DNA from: Octopus bimaculoides
Taxonomy: Eukaryota
Length of the DNA: 64,000 bases
Direction: 5' to 3'
Assembly (NCBI RefSeq): GCF_001194135.2
Contig: NC_068992.1
Span: 10,253,162-10,317,161 of the forward strand
In this document: positions 63,886 through 64,000 of the stretch, one piece after another
Layout of the letters: each line of letters begins with the position of its first letter
How positions within the stretch are numbered: the stretch's first letter is position 1
The notes under the pieces: model-generated
The model's input: the letters and a program-made list of their open reading frames with translations, nothing else
Told to the model about the DNA's origin: nothing
Database searches by the model: none
Position numbers and translations under genes: made by a program

Positions 63886-64000
63886 TTTATTTTTATTATT
63901 ATTATTATTATTATTGCTACTGTCCCTTATATCTTGAGCCCTCATGGCCAATAAAAAAATATAATTGTCTTTTTTTATTTGTAGTAGTAGTATTTTGTGT
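61669..64000. repeat. Direct duplication: 61861-61945 is identical to 63916-64000, and both are preceded by degenerate (ATT)n
   Basis: An 85-nt exact match (gctactgtcccttatatcttgagccc...tattttgtgt) running to the window edge. Confidence 0.85.
62707..62990 (-). mobile_element. tRNA-derived SINE, internally deleted and 5'-truncated
   Basis: Reverse complement of the 31842-32216 family, with a (CTCTTTTA)n tail. Confidence 0.8.

Larger units (their letters stand above)
620..63915. repeat. Pervasive microsatellites: (TA)n, (CA)n, (GA)n, (ATT)n, (ATC)n, (GATA)n, (TATG)n
   Basis: Directly visible throughout the window, and next to most N-gaps. Confidence 0.95.

Overview
AT-rich, microsatellite-dense animal genomic DNA from a draft scaffold with about 18 N-gaps, most of them next to simple repeats. 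The repeat families suggest a coleoid cephalopod, probably Octopus; this is inferred from remembered repeat consensus sequences, not a database search. The only host gene I can support is DPH5 (diphthine methyl ester synthase) on the + strand. Three internal coding exons (78-186, 8822-8942, 12035-12074) have canonical AG/GT sites and splice in frame. The 5' exons lie upstream of the window. I could not find the last exons (expected GRKIYEPP... and ...LARVG...HP.E) in the called sequence. The rest is intronic or intergenic and full of transposon debris: tRNA-derived SINEs (two with target-site duplications), RTE-type LINE 3' tails, an RTE RT C-terminus, R4/Dong-type RLE LINE 3' ends, an L1/Tx1-like ORF1 with a CCHC knuckle, a Penelope-like remnant, a SPIN/GTF2IRD2-like hAT transposase fossil, TTAA (piggyBac-like) MITEs and a palindromic element. 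There are also several degenerate minisatellites. Almost all ORFs in the supplied track are artefacts of microsatellites or N-gaps. I see no convincing novel multi-gene system, CRISPR array, rRNA or true tRNA. The leads most worth following are nested and inverted repeats around DPH5 exons, core-plus-spacer arrays, a possible antisense exon, and the missing DPH5 3' exons.
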